A model generated the notes under the pieces. The model searched no databases. It had not been told where the DNA came from and saw only the letters and a program-made list of their open reading frames with translations. A stretch of 63,439 nucleotides of DNA, counting the filler, from Atractiella rhizophila (lineage: Eukaryota), in assembly GCA_021432655.1 (NCBI GenBank). It is 3 parts of 3 records of this genome, joined end to end, with 100 filler letters (N's around TTAATTAATTAA, not from the genome) between each part and the next. Parts side by side here need not be neighbours in the genome. Positions count along the whole stretch, not along the records: positions 25,641 to 51,115 come from MU271770.1; 2 more parts are not named here. One strand, written 5' to 3'. The position numbers were made by a program, and so were the translations under genes. Shown here one piece after another: positions 26,054 through 37,591 of the stretch. The number at the start of each line of letters is the position of its first letter. Positions within the stretch are counted from its first letter, which is position 1.

Positions 26054-27115
26054 GTGTCTCGCGAGTTACCTGCTGTTTCGCGAGTTACCTGCTGTTTCGC
26101 GAGTTACCTGCTGTTTCGCGAGTTACCTGCTGTGCTGTCTCGCGAGTTTGCTGCTGTCTCGCGAGTTTGCAACTTAGTGTTTGGGTTCACCTGGCCAGTT
26201 TACTATCTCGCAAGTTGGCCATCAAGTGAGTTTGCTCTCTCACGTTTGCAGTCTGGCGAGTTTGCAGTCTGGCGAGTTTGCATTCTTGCAAGCTCACATT
26301 CTCGCTAGTTGGCCGTCTCGCGGGTTTGCCGTCTTGCGAGCTGGCCGTCTCGCGAGTTTGCAACCTAGCGTTTTGGCTCACCTCGCTAGTTTGCTATCTC
26401 GCGAGTTGGCCGTCTCCCGAGTTTGCTCTCTCGCGTTTGCAGTTTCTCGAGTTTGCATGCTCGCCAGTTGGCCATCTCGCGAGTTTGCTCTCTCGCATTT
26501 GTGGTCTCGCGAGTTTGCATTCTCGCTAGTTTTCTCCCTCGCGTTTGCTGTCTCGCGAGTTTGCATTCTCGCTACTTTCCTGTCTCGCTAGTTTGCTGTC
26601 TCGCGAGTTTGCATTCTCGCTAGTTTGCATTCTCGCGTTGGCAGTCTCGCGAGTGGGCATACTCGCGAGTGGGCATGTGGGCATGCTCGCGAGTTTGCAT
26701 TCTCGCGAGTTTCGAGTTTGTTGCAGTCTCGCGTTTGCAGTCTCACGAGTTTGCATTCTCGCTAGTTTGCTCTCTCGCATTGGCAGTCTCGCGAGTGGGC
26801 ATGCTCGCGAGTTGGCCATCTTGCGAGTTTGCTCTCTCGCGTATTCTTGCTAGTTGGCCGTCTCCCTGGTTTGCTGTCTTGTGAGTTGGACGTCTCGCGA
26901 GTGCTCTTCGCTAGTTTGCTGTCTCACGAGTTTGTTGCTCTCTTGCGAGTTAGCAACCTAGCGTTTCGCCTCGCTAGTTTGCTGTCTCGCGAGTTGGCCA
27001 TCTCGTGAGTTGGCAGTCTCGCGAGTTAGCTGTCTCGCGAGTTTGTTGCCGTCTCGCGAGTTTGCAACCTAGCGTTTGGGTTCGCCTCGCTAGGTTGCTA
27101 TCTCGCGAGTTGGCT
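26054..27115. repeat. Minisatellite of ~15-19-bp units built on the palindrome CTCGCGAG
   Basis: Dozens of (G)TCTCGCGAGTTTGC units with CpG-decayed variants. Confidence 0.95.
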
Positions 27116-27183
27116 GTCACCCATATCACATCCGACAGCACTCGCGAGTTGACATGCGAACCACTCTGCGAAGTGGCACCCGA

Positions 27184-27863
27184 GCCACTTTGCAACGAAA
27201 AAAGCATCCAAATAACTCAGCCCAACAGCACTTCCGAGATGACACACAAACCACTGCAATGAACCAACACCCGCTGAACTCATCCAGGACCACTCGGGAG
27301 GTGGCCCCAAATTACTTTGCAATGAACCAACAGCACTTACGAGGCAACATGCGAACGACTTTGCAATGAAACCAAAACCCATACAACTCCATCCGACAGC
27401 ACTCACGAAGCGAGATGCAAACCTCTTTGCAACGAAACCAACACACATACAACTTCCTCCAACAGCACTTGCAGGTGGCATTGACATGTGAACCACATAG
27501 CATAGCTGCATCTCAACCACTTTGCAACGACGAAAAAAGCATCCAAATAACTCAGCCCAACAGCACTTCCGAGATGACACACAAACCACTGCAATGAACC
27601 AACACCCGCTGAACTCATCCAGGACCACTCGGGAGGTGGCCCCAAATTACTTTGCAATGAACCAACAGCACTTACGAGGCAACATGCGAACGACTTTGCA
27701 ATGAAACCAAAACCCATACAACTCCATCCGACAGCACTCACGAAGCGAGATGCAAACCTCTTTGCAACGAAACCAACACACATACAACTTCCTCCAACAG
27801 CACTTGCAGGTGGCATTGACATGTGAACCACATAGCATAGCTGCATCTCAACCACTTTGCAAC
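27184..27863. repeat. Near-identical 335-bp tandem duplication made of family A subunits
   Basis: Identical ORF-track peptides offset by 335 nt (27312/27647; 27415/27750). Confidence 0.93.
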
Positions 27864-28091
27864 GGTACCAACACCCACTTCAACATAACTCCACTCGGCA
27901 TCGCTTGCACGGTGAGAACCACTTCACAACGAAATCAGCATCCGGTGCACTTCAATGAGTGCGAATGCCATCTGACCTAACCTCTTCACCTTACCCAACT
28001 CACCTGGCCTCCTTCTCCTCGTTCCATTCACCTGCTTCGAGGTCACAAGGTGCAGGCACAAGTCATTTCAGCTCCCTACCCAGTCATTGCT

Positions 28092-28800
28092 ATGGGAGAA
28101 AGAAGTGGACGCATAGGCTGCCTGGATCGATCCCAATAGCAAAATCTTGAGCATAGGATAACCTCTGAGGTCTAAGTCCCGCCACAAGTACCATCTAAGC
28201 CTGCGGATGTGCTGAGTATCCTGAAGCCTTTAGTTATTCATGCAAACTGCCTGTGCTGCCTCTGAACAGTGCCTGCCCACTTCTGACACCCAAACCCCTC
28301 TTGAGAACTTGACCTTCCTTTTACCATGGGAGAAAGAAGTGGACGCTTAGGTCGCCTTGATCGATCCCACAGCAAATCTCAGGAACAAGTACACTTTCAG
28401 GTTTTGGGTCTCCTAAGCGCACACTTCGCTTTCTGCCAGTAAGATATATACAAAGTGCCACAAGATGCTCCTCCGAAGACCAAGAACCCACCTTCAAAAC
28501 CCAAATCATTTTGAGCGCCCGACCTTTGGCTCACCTTGGGAGAAAGAAGTGGACGCATAGGTCGCCTTGATCAATCCCACAGCAAACCTCAGGAACAAGT
28601 GCACAGTCCAGCTTCGGGTCTCTCCAGCAAGCACCTTGCCTTCTGCGAGCAAATGTGCAAGGTGCTCCAGCTGCCCCAAAGAGTAAGTGCCCACCTCAAT
28701 GACCCGAACCCCTTTTCAGCGCCAGCCTTTGGTTTGCCATGGGAGAAAGAAGTGGACGCATAGGTCGCCTTGATCGATCCCACAGCAAACCGCAGGACCG
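28092..28800. repeat. Four-copy repeat with a conserved ~50-bp core every 203-234 bp
   Basis: TGGGAGAAAGAAGTGGACGCATAGGTCGCCTTGATCGATCCCACAGCAAA at ~28093, 28327, 28537, 28740. Confidence 0.9.
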
Positions 28801-29024
28801 AGTGCTGTTTGAGGATTCAGATCCTCCAAGTGAGCACTTTACCTTCGGCCAGCAAGAGCAACGAAAACACAGCAGGGGACAAATTCGGACAAACACTTAC
28901 CGGTGCATTTCTTGGGGGATCCTGAGAGGAGTCAGCCTTATAAGGACTTTCTGAGAGCCCCTTCGGGGAAGTAGAGCCTCAGGGGCTTGGGATCACTTTG
29001 GGGGGCTCTGGTTCAGGTTCACTC

Positions 29025-30000
29025 TTGCGAAGCCTAGCTCGCTTCAGCAAAGGTATGTTCGTTGCCATGAAGTCAAGTTCACTCCAACAAAGACAGGCTC
29101 GCTGGGACTAAGTCAGTTCGCTCTCGCGACCTCCTGTCACTTCAATGAAGCCAGGGCTACTCAAGCGACGCAAGACTACTTCCTGTTCGCTTCAGCAAAG
29201 GCAGACTCGCTGGGGCAAAGTCAGTTGACTCCAACAAAGTCTGGCTTGCCTGGGCAAAGAGCAGTTCGCTGGAGTGAAGCAAGCCAGACTTGCTCGGGTG
29301 AAGTGCGTTCGCTCCAGCAAGGCCAGGCTCACTCCTGCGAAGTAAGACTCACTCGGGCGAACTGCAGTTTGCTGGAGCAAAGTCAGACTTGCTTTGGCAA
29401 AGCCAGTTCGCTTCAATGAAGTGCAGTTCGCTCTAGCGAAGCCAGGCTTGCTGGGGCGAAATCAGTTCGCTCCTGCGAAGCCCAGCTCGCTCGGTGCAGT
29501 TCGCTCCTATGAAGCCCAGCTCGCTCGGGCGAAGTGCAGTTCGCTCTAGCGAAGGCAGGCTCGCTAGGACGAAGTCAGTATGCTCCTGCGAAGCCTGGCT
29601 CGCTCTAGCGAAGTGCAGTTCCCTCTAGCGAAGCCAGGCTCGCTGGGACGAAATCAGTTCGCTCCAGCGAAGTCAGGCTCGCTCCAGGGAAGTGCACTTC
29701 GCTCTAGCGAAGGCAGGCTCGCTAGGACGAAGTTCAGTATGCTCCTGCGAAGCCCAGCTCGCTCGGTGCAGTTCGCTCCTACGAAGCCCAGCTCGCTTGG
29801 GCGAAGCCAGTTCGCTTCAGTGAAGTCTGGCTCGCTCCGGCAAAGTGCAGTTTGCTCCTGCGAAGCCTGGCTCGTTCCAGCGAAGTGCAGTTCGCTCCAG
29901 TGCACCTTGGCTTGCTCAGGTGAAGTGTAGTTCGCTGGGTTGCGGCCAGACTTGCTTGGGTGAAATCACTTCGCTCCTGCAAAGCCTGGCTCGCTCTGGT
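29025..30000. repeat. ~20-bp minisatellite of small inverted-repeat units
   Basis: Alternating GCGAAGTGCAGTTCGCTCTA / GCGAAGCCAGGCTCGCTGGG units. Confidence 0.9.
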
Positions 30001-30351
30001 AACCTCCTGTTCACTGCAGCAAAACTGGGAGTGCAGATGCAAAGCCAGTCTCACTCTCACAACGTCGTGCTTCCTTCAGCGAAACCAGGAGTGCTGAAGC
30101 GAAGACGGTCTCGCTCCGCCAAAGTCCTGTTGGCATTTGTGAAACCAGGACTGCTGCAAACTTGCATTTGGATTCACGTCACAAGTTTGCTCTCTCACGA
30201 GTCTCGCGAGTTTGCTATCTCGCGAGTTTGTCACAGTCTCGCGAGTTTGCATTCTCTCTAGTTTGCTCTCTTGTCTCGCGAGTTTGTTGCTGTCTCACGA
30301 GTTTGCAACCTAGCGTTTGGGTTCACCTCACTACTTTGCTGGCTCCCGAGT

Positions 30352-30816
30352 TGGCCGTCTCGCGAGTTTGCTCTCTCGTGAGTTTGTTGTCCCGCGAGTT
30401 TGCTCTCTCGCGCATCTGCTCCCTCGCAACTACAGGGGCATTTCGCACGTTGCAACCCTGCAACCCATCGCTGAACCAAACTTCACCTTTCGCGACTGGA
30501 AGGCACTTCGCACGTTGCAGCCAGCCAGCGACCCGAAGTGCCAACTTCGCGACTGGTAGCGAACTGGGCCCCCTCGCAATGAACCTCGCATGTTTGAGCG
30601 GGTTCGCTTCGGGGCTGATCCCACCTTGCGAACCATTTTGGCTGTCGCGTCCGAGCTGACGGGACTCAACGGTGCGTTCCGTCCCGTCAGGTTAGTTCCG
30701 TCAGTCAGAGCCTCGCAACTAGGCTGACGGGACTCACCCTGGCCCTGGCCCTAACTCCGTTCCCCAGCCAAATTTGACTGACGGAACAGTTCCGTCACGA
30801 AGGAATAGTAGTAGTG
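30352..30816 (+). mobile_element. Transposon-like terminal module, copy 1 (Helitron- or CACTA-like)
   Basis: Inverted CTGACGG(G/A)AC motifs, perfect hairpin TGACGGAAC-A-GTTCCGTCA, end CGAAGGAATAGTAGTAG(TG); recurs at 33842-34263 and 41368-41480. Confidence 0.55.
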
Positions 30817-30962
30817 GCTTTTGCGAGGCCAATGCAGTGAATACAGCGTTGAGCAGGGAGGTGTGACGGCAGATGACCCCATGACAGCTCATTGACATTT
30901 TCCTCGAGCCGACCGACCATCTCTGCGCACAGCTGGTGATTCCCAACAAGTTTATTAACGAT

Positions 30963-31450
30963 TAACCCAAGCAGTCTTCTTTGAGATAGTGTCCGTCGTA
31001 ATCCGCTGGCTTAACCTTCGCATGGCAGATTTGGCAACTCTGGTCACCCCGCGACAAGATCGCACTTACCTTGACTAGTTCTACTCTTGAACTGTTACCA
31101 CTTATACCTTTTTCCCTAGTACAACTCAGCATTTCACTGCCCTTTCCAATGTCAGACCAGCTCCAGTTCTCACCAAGCTTCCCTTGGTATATTCAGGCAA
31201 TCCAGGGTTGACAGCGTTCGGTGCCTTCTCATACGCCTTGTACTCCATATCCACAGTCTTGACCCAAAGAGTTTGTTGGTCCCTCATGACCTGATTACTG
31301 GCCACTACGACTTTGAGAAGTGTGAGGGCTTGGTTGGAGTCCAATGCGAGGTTAACTTGTTGATTTAACATTTTGAAGAAGATGACGGAGCCAGTCAAAG
31401 AGTATTTGCTGTCGGCATCTTTGCTGGGCTCAGCTTCTCGATCTGTAAAG
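30963..31450 (-). pseudogene. Frameshifted gene fragment ending in a CxxC..H..C zinc-finger-like motif
   Basis: ORF 31126-31398 plus a shifted frame ending CQICHAKVKPADYDGHYLKEDCLG*. Confidence 0.3.
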
Positions 31451-31592
31451 CTTTGGTTTCAGTCTTCATCAAGTTATTGTTCCATTCAGTCATCTTCTTG
31501 ACAATCACATTGAGATCTCATGGATGACTATCTCAATGTGATCAGTGTGATCAGTTTTCAGTGCAATCAGTTTTCTCCGCCCGGAGCGGCAT

Positions 31593-32326
31593 CGGAGCGG
31601 CGCTTTTGGATCAGTTTAAAGTTACCGTGATCAGTTTTCGAAACTGATCAGGTAGCCGGTAACCGACTCATGCCGTTAACAGTTTCTTGGAACGAACGAA
31701 CGACGAGGTTGAGCACCACTGAAATAGGGATAGGGAATAAGGAGAGTATTTTGAGTACGGGGAGATATTGATTTGAGTGATTTCATGTTGGAGAACGTTT
31801 TCGCTTAGGCAGAGCTGAGGTATTTGTTCCCGATTCTGGTGGATACGGGTGTAAGGCTTCTCTTCTGTTCCTTTCTTCGCTCTACGATGGGAGAAAGTTT
31901 GAAGATTTCAACTCGAAATGTGGACTCTTGCCTCCTATGCTTTTGCATTAACGCACCCAATCCGGAGATCAAAGACAATCCAGATTCGATTGATTGACGA
32001 ACCGCCGAATACCAATTCGAAATAACTCGAAATCACCACTGATCAAGTTACCAATGAAACTGAGCTTCTGGGCTATCACAATGTCTTGATGGATTGTTAA
32101 TGGTGTCGACTTGAAGTCCCTCCTCTAACTATCTCAAGTCGTCGAAACACATCGGGTTGAGAATGGAGGAGCGAGAGTGATGGATCTACTACCGAGTGAT
32201 AAGAGGGGAAGGAGAAAGTTCGAAAGCAAGAGTGGGAGAGGGCAGCGAGAGGGGTCAGCACTTGTCAAGAATCGGGTCTTGCTTTCCTCTCGACTTTCGG
32301 GGAGATGAAAGGACATGATTGATCTT
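31593..32326. repeat. 734-bp block, copy 1 (duplicated at 34266-34999)
   Basis: Near-identical sequence from CGGAGCGGCGCTTTT to GATTGATCTT; TGATCAGTTTTCGAAACTGATCA palindrome near its start. Confidence 0.95.
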
Positions 32327-33748
32327 AGAGAGGTGCGAGTCCCAGTGGAGGAGGATGTTGAAGAGCGACCTTCGGGACTGCTGCCCTTCGGCCAGGTGTT
32401 CGGGTCGAGCCTCGCTGTAGGAGACCTGGGCGAGGGTGGGCACGGGGGGTTCCGTCCGTGCTTGCTGCTGGCTCGTTTCGGGCGGCTGGACGTGAGCGAT
32501 GATCTTTTGGTTTCCTTTGGAGCCGAGGTGATGGTGGTAGACGAGTTGGACGTGGCAGCGGTGGGCGGACGTCGACCTCGGCTCGTCCACGTCTCGGTGG
32601 TGCGCCTGGCGGTGGTCTCGGACGGCGGAGTGGGAGAGGAAGAGTTGGAGGCAATCGCCGTGGTGGCAGTGGTAGCCGTGTTGGACGGGTAGCGACGGGA
32701 GCGGCTCGGGTGGTGCCGGTTGGAGGGTGCCTGGGTCACGGTCAGTGGACCCGAAGCGGAGGGTCTCTCGCCCCTACCTGTCAGATACCTCTCGGGGGGT
32801 TCGATGGGCTCCGGGAGACGGCGGATGGCTCGGGCGATGTGCTTCTTCGTGTGACCCGCCAGTTTGTGGCTTTTCTGGGTGAAGTGTTTCTCTTTCGCCT
32901 CGGGGTGGACGTAGACCTGGTGGTTGCGGCAGTAGAGGTAGCCCGGCGGGAGGACGAAAGCGCCCAGATCGCTCGGGGACAGTTCTGTGGTCTCGTGAGG
33001 GGGATGACCTGCTCTGGGATGCTTACTTACCTGAACTGCTGGAGGACATGTTCTGCTGAGAGCTGGAGGGGGATGATGCCTGAGTAGATGGTGGTTGATG
33101 GATTATTTCCCTGATTAGCTTCAGCGCATGGTCGGCTTTACATTTGGGCGCCGCATGCGCCGGTGCACCAGGATGTCCCCACAAAGCGGGGCTCCAAAAG
33201 GCTCTACTTTGATCCAAGGCCTTCATAGGTTCATGTTTTAGGGTAAGGTTCGCATCTGGGAGGCCAAAGTCACGCATGGGCCTCATGTTGGCCTCGCTGG
33301 GTTCTGGTATGTATTTGAGGACCTAGCCCCCTAAGGGGCCACGAAGTGCAGACCCGAAGTGGTCCTCATCAGCTCACACGAAGCGAAATTTTGGAGGGGT
33401 GGCGAACTTGACATGTTTTAGCTAGTTCCTGCACAAAAGTGATTATCTTGCAAAACAGGTGAATTTTGCACGTTGCAGACCCATAATAGCTACTTCGCGA
33501 CCGGGGGTAGGTCACAGCCAGTCGCTGACCCGAAGTGGTTATAACCCACCTGGAGGGCACTTCGCAGTTGTGGCCCATTGAAGATCCAAAATGTAAATTT
33601 CGTGGCTGCAGTTGAACTTCGCAGGTTGCGGCCTGTTGCTGATCTGAAATTGCTAATTCGCTACTGGAGGTGCACTTCGCAGGTTGCAGCCAGCGGGCCG
33701 CCCTAAGTGGCCATTTCGCGACTGTAGGGTTTACTGTCCCACGAGTGT

Positions 33749-34263
33749 GCTCTCTCGCGTTTGCAGTCTCGCAAGTTTGCAGTCTGGCGAGTTTGCATTC
33801 TTGCAAGCTCGCATTCTCGCTAGTTGGCCGTCTCGCGGATAGGCCGTCTCGCGAGTTTGCTCTCTCGCGAGTTTGTTGTCCCGTGAGTTTGCTCTCTCGC
33901 ACATCTGCTCCCTCGCAGCTACAGGGGCACTTCACACGTTGCAACCCATCGCTGAACCAGACTTGACCTTTCGCGACTGGAAGGCACTTCGTACGTTGCA
34001 GCCAGTCAGCGGCCCGAAGTGCCCACGTCGCGACTGGGAGCGAACTGGGCCCCCTTGCTATGAACCTTGCATGTTTGAACGAGTTCGCTTCGGGGCTGAT
34101 CCCACCTCGCGAGACAATTTGGCCGTCGCGTCCGAGCTGACGGGACTCAACGGTGCGTTCCGTCCCGTCAGGTTAGTTCCGTCAGTGAGAGCCTCGCAAC
34201 TGGGCTGACGGGACTCACCCTGGCCCTGACCCTAACTCCGTTCCCCAGCCAAATTTGACTGAC
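33749..34263 (+). mobile_element. Internally shortened second copy of the satellite/terminus element
   Basis: 33749-33838 matches 26233-26322, then 33842-34263 matches 30352-30783; truncated within the terminal hairpin. Confidence 0.6.
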
Positions 34264-34265
34264 GA

Positions 34266-34999
34266 CGGAGCGGCGCTTTTGGATCAGTTTAAAGTTACCG
34301 TGATCAGTTTTCGAAACTGATCAGGTAGCCGGTAACCGACTCATGCCGTTAACAGTTTCTTGGAACGAACGAACGACGAGGTTGAGCACCACTGAAATAG
34401 GGATAGGGAATAAGGAGAGTATTTTGAGTACGGGGAGATATTGATTTGAGTGATTTCGTGTTGGAGAACGTTTTCGCTTAGGCAGAGCTGAGGTATTTGT
34501 TCCCGATTCTGGTGGATACGGGTGTAAGGCTTCTCTTCTGTTCCTTTCTTCGCTCTACGATGGGAGAAAGTTTGAAGATTTCAACTCGAAATGTGGACTC
34601 TTGCCTCCTATGCTTTTGCATTAACGCACCCAATCCGGAGATCAAAGACAATCCAGATTCGATTGATTGACGAACCGCCGAATACCAATTCGAAATAACT
34701 CGAAATCACCACTGATCAAGTTACCAATGAAACTGAGCTTCTGGGCTATCACAATGTCTTGATGGATTGTTAATGGTGTCGACTTGAAGTCCCTCCTCTA
34801 ACTATCTCAAGTCGTCGAAACACATCGGGTTGAGAATGGAGGAGCGAGAGTGATGGATCTACTACCGAGTGATAAGAGGGGAAGGAGAAAGTTCGAAAGC
34901 AAGAGTGGGAGAGGGCAGCGAGAGGGGTCAGCACTTGTCAAGAATCGGGTCTTGCTTTCCTCTCGACTTTCGGGGAGATGAAAGGACATGATTGATCTT
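34266..34999. repeat. 734-bp block, copy 2
   Basis: Matches 31593-32326 (one A/G difference seen). Confidence 0.95.
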
Positions 35000-35663
35000 C
35001 TGGCTGTTAATCCTTTCTCGTTCCCTGGAGGCGTTCTTGCGCTTGTCTTTGCTTCGAGAGGGACACCACAGACTATCAAAACTGATGGGTATTGAGTCCC
35101 TCCATCCCTGAGACGGAAAGAATGATTCGTTGAAATTCCAGGAAGGAGATGCGCTCTTCATCTTCTTGACGATGAATCCTCGGTATGTGGAGGGATGAGA
35201 ACGCAGTGGAGGGATGCCCCTGTAGCAATTATCGTTTGTCTCCCAGTGTTTCTACAAAGAGGAAAGGTCCCTCCTCCCTCTTTGGAAAATTGGGGAGTGA
35301 GCAGAATTGATATGCCCCCAAAGAAACTAACATCACTTACCTCCTGACATATTGGTGGAGAGGAAAGCGCATCTGGTCGTCTTCTGCATGGATGATTCTT
35401 TCTCGCTCCTTAAAGCAGCAATCTGGGAATGTGTGGTCGAGGAGCATCAGAGCTTCCTTGACAGCATGTCCCCTTTCGGATTGTATTGTGCTTCCTCCAT
35501 TATATTTACCAGCATCTAAATATCCATTCCACGCACTCTCCAAAACAACATTCATACTGAACCACTTCTTCGGATAGATTTCAACTACCCCTCATCGACT
35601 CCACCCAATCACCACCCTCACTTCGCGCATATCGACAATCTCCATCATCCCATCATCACCACT

Positions 35664-36154
35664 ATGTCCTCAGTTTTCTTTCGACAGGGGGACAATGAAG
35701 GAGCGCTGGCGGCATTGGAGGAGGCTAGGAGGAACTTCGTGGCGATAGGAGATCCTCTGGGAGAGGCGAACTGCATCCAATCGAAAGGGGACATCCTCTT
35801 TCAACAGGGGGAGAACGAGGGAGCGCTGGAAGCATTGGAGGAGGCGAGGAGGAAGTTCGTGGCAATAGGAGAACCTGTGGGGGAAGCGAACTGCATCCAA
35901 TCGAAAGGGGACATTCTTTATCGACAGGGGGACAACGAGGGAGCGGTGGCGGCATTCGAGGAAGCGAGGAAGAAGTTCGTGGCGATGGGAGATCCTCAGG
36001 GAGAGGCGAACTGCGTCTTATCGAAAGGGGACATCCTCTTTCTACAGGGGGACAACGAGGCAGCGCGGGCGGTATTCGAGGAGGCGAGGAAGAAGTTCGT
36101 GGCAATAGGAGATCCTCTGGGAGAGGCGAACTGCGTCAAATCGAAAGGGGACAT
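35664..36154 (+). pseudogene. Orphan array of four 40-aa TPR repeats (fungal NLR-type), truncated by a telomeric tract
   Basis: 120-bp units encoding QG(D/E)NEGALAALEEARRKFVAIGDPLGEANCIQSKGDILF; no NACHT/NB-ARC visible upstream. Confidence 0.8.
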
Positions 36155-36155
36155 A

Positions 36156-36250
36156 AACCCTAACCCTAACCCTAACCCTAACCCTAACCCTAACCCTAAC
36201 CCTAACCCTAACCCTAACCCTAACCCTAACCCTAACCCTAACCCTAACCC
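36156..36250 (+). repeat. Interstitial telomeric repeat AACCC(TAACCC)15
   Basis: Perfect hexamer array 36161-36250. Confidence 0.98.
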
Positions 36251-37591
36251 CAATGACGAGTTGGATCACTTGTCCTCACCACGTACAAACTGGCAGGGAA
36301 GGCGGCAGCAGGGGTAATGTGACCAAGGTGGTGGGCAGATAATAGCGGAAACGCGAACGAGACGGTGGAAGCGGAGGCAACACAGAATGCGGTACGACGA
36401 AGGAGGCACCACACTTAGTCGGAAGGGGACAGGGGGAAAGCAGAAATTATAAGAATGAAGAAAAACAAGTCGGAGCGTGCCTCGAGCTTCAGCTCATTCG
36501 CGAGCTAAATTGTCTAGTACACGTATGTGTGGCAGCCGTGCCTGTACGCATCGAAAGCCATCCATTAGAGCAAGGAAAGAAAATGTACATTCTTCTGTAA
36601 CGAACACTGGACAGGCTCCTAAGCTCCTTGCTTCTGTGCAACCCCGCAATCACCCTGAACATCCACAACACACCAGACGGGAAATTCAAGGTTACCAACA
36701 TGCTTGACGGCATATGGAACAGAGAGGGGATAAGCAGATGTAGCGGGGAAGGGTGACTTACTGGCCTGCTGGAACTCCTGTAACCTCGTAATCCTCACCT
36801 GTCACTCTCCTCTCCATCCTACACCCTTTCCCTCTCTTCTTCCGCCACAAGCATCCTCCTCTCAATAACCTCCTTGCTCACCCGTGCGCATCTTGTTCCG
36901 AGACTCCTCCAACTCCTCCTTCAACTGACAACCATTCCGGAAGCATTCCAGAAGTTCGACTTGGATTGGGAGGTGAAGAGCGGAGAGCGGAGAAGCATGA
37001 AATTGGAAGGACAGATGGAGCTTGGAGGTGACCGTGATGGGGTTCTCGCTGTGGAATGTCGACATGTTGCTGTCGTCGTCCACACTTTCGAGTTGTAGGT
37101 AAGATGGGAGGAAGTCCGCTCGGCGGCTAGTTAGCGCTAGTTGATGTGGTAAATGTGAAACATCGCGGAAGTCCACAATCCACCTTCGCTGAGACCTTTA
37201 AAAGTGCCACAGAGAGCTCACAAGCCATCGCAACACCAGGGAGGGAAACAGCATCACTTTGACAGCAATTGCCGCAGGTAAGACGTTCGGCTCCGCTAAG
37301 CCCGGCCAAAGGCCGGACGCCCGACAGGTGACCGGAACTTGTTTCTAAGTGGCCAAAGTGGTGGCCGTGACAGCGTGGTCGCGGAGGTAATTCAAGTGCC
37401 GGTCGCGGAGCTTACCTCCGCGACCCGGAAATCCTGTCCGCGGAGGTAATTTTGCCCGTCGTGCAAGCTCTCAACAGTCGGAACAGCTCCTTTCCGCAAC
37501 GCCGCTGAAGTTTACTACTGACGCGAGCGCACGCTACTCGTCTTCATCTTCGGCCCAACAGAGGCCCGCCTATGTTCGTGCTGAGTTGGAT

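Noticed and set aside
28092..28800. CRISPR array
   Set aside because: Eukaryotic context, no cas genes, and the spacers are 150-185 bp and homologous to each other.
26054..30660. Numerous ORFs rich in SRVCSLAS / SSLQRS repeats
   Set aside because: Products of satellite periodicity, open in many frames on both strands.
36156..36317. (NP)n, (LG)n and (VR)n protein repeats in the ORF track
   Set aside because: These are translations of the telomeric hexamer, not protein domains.
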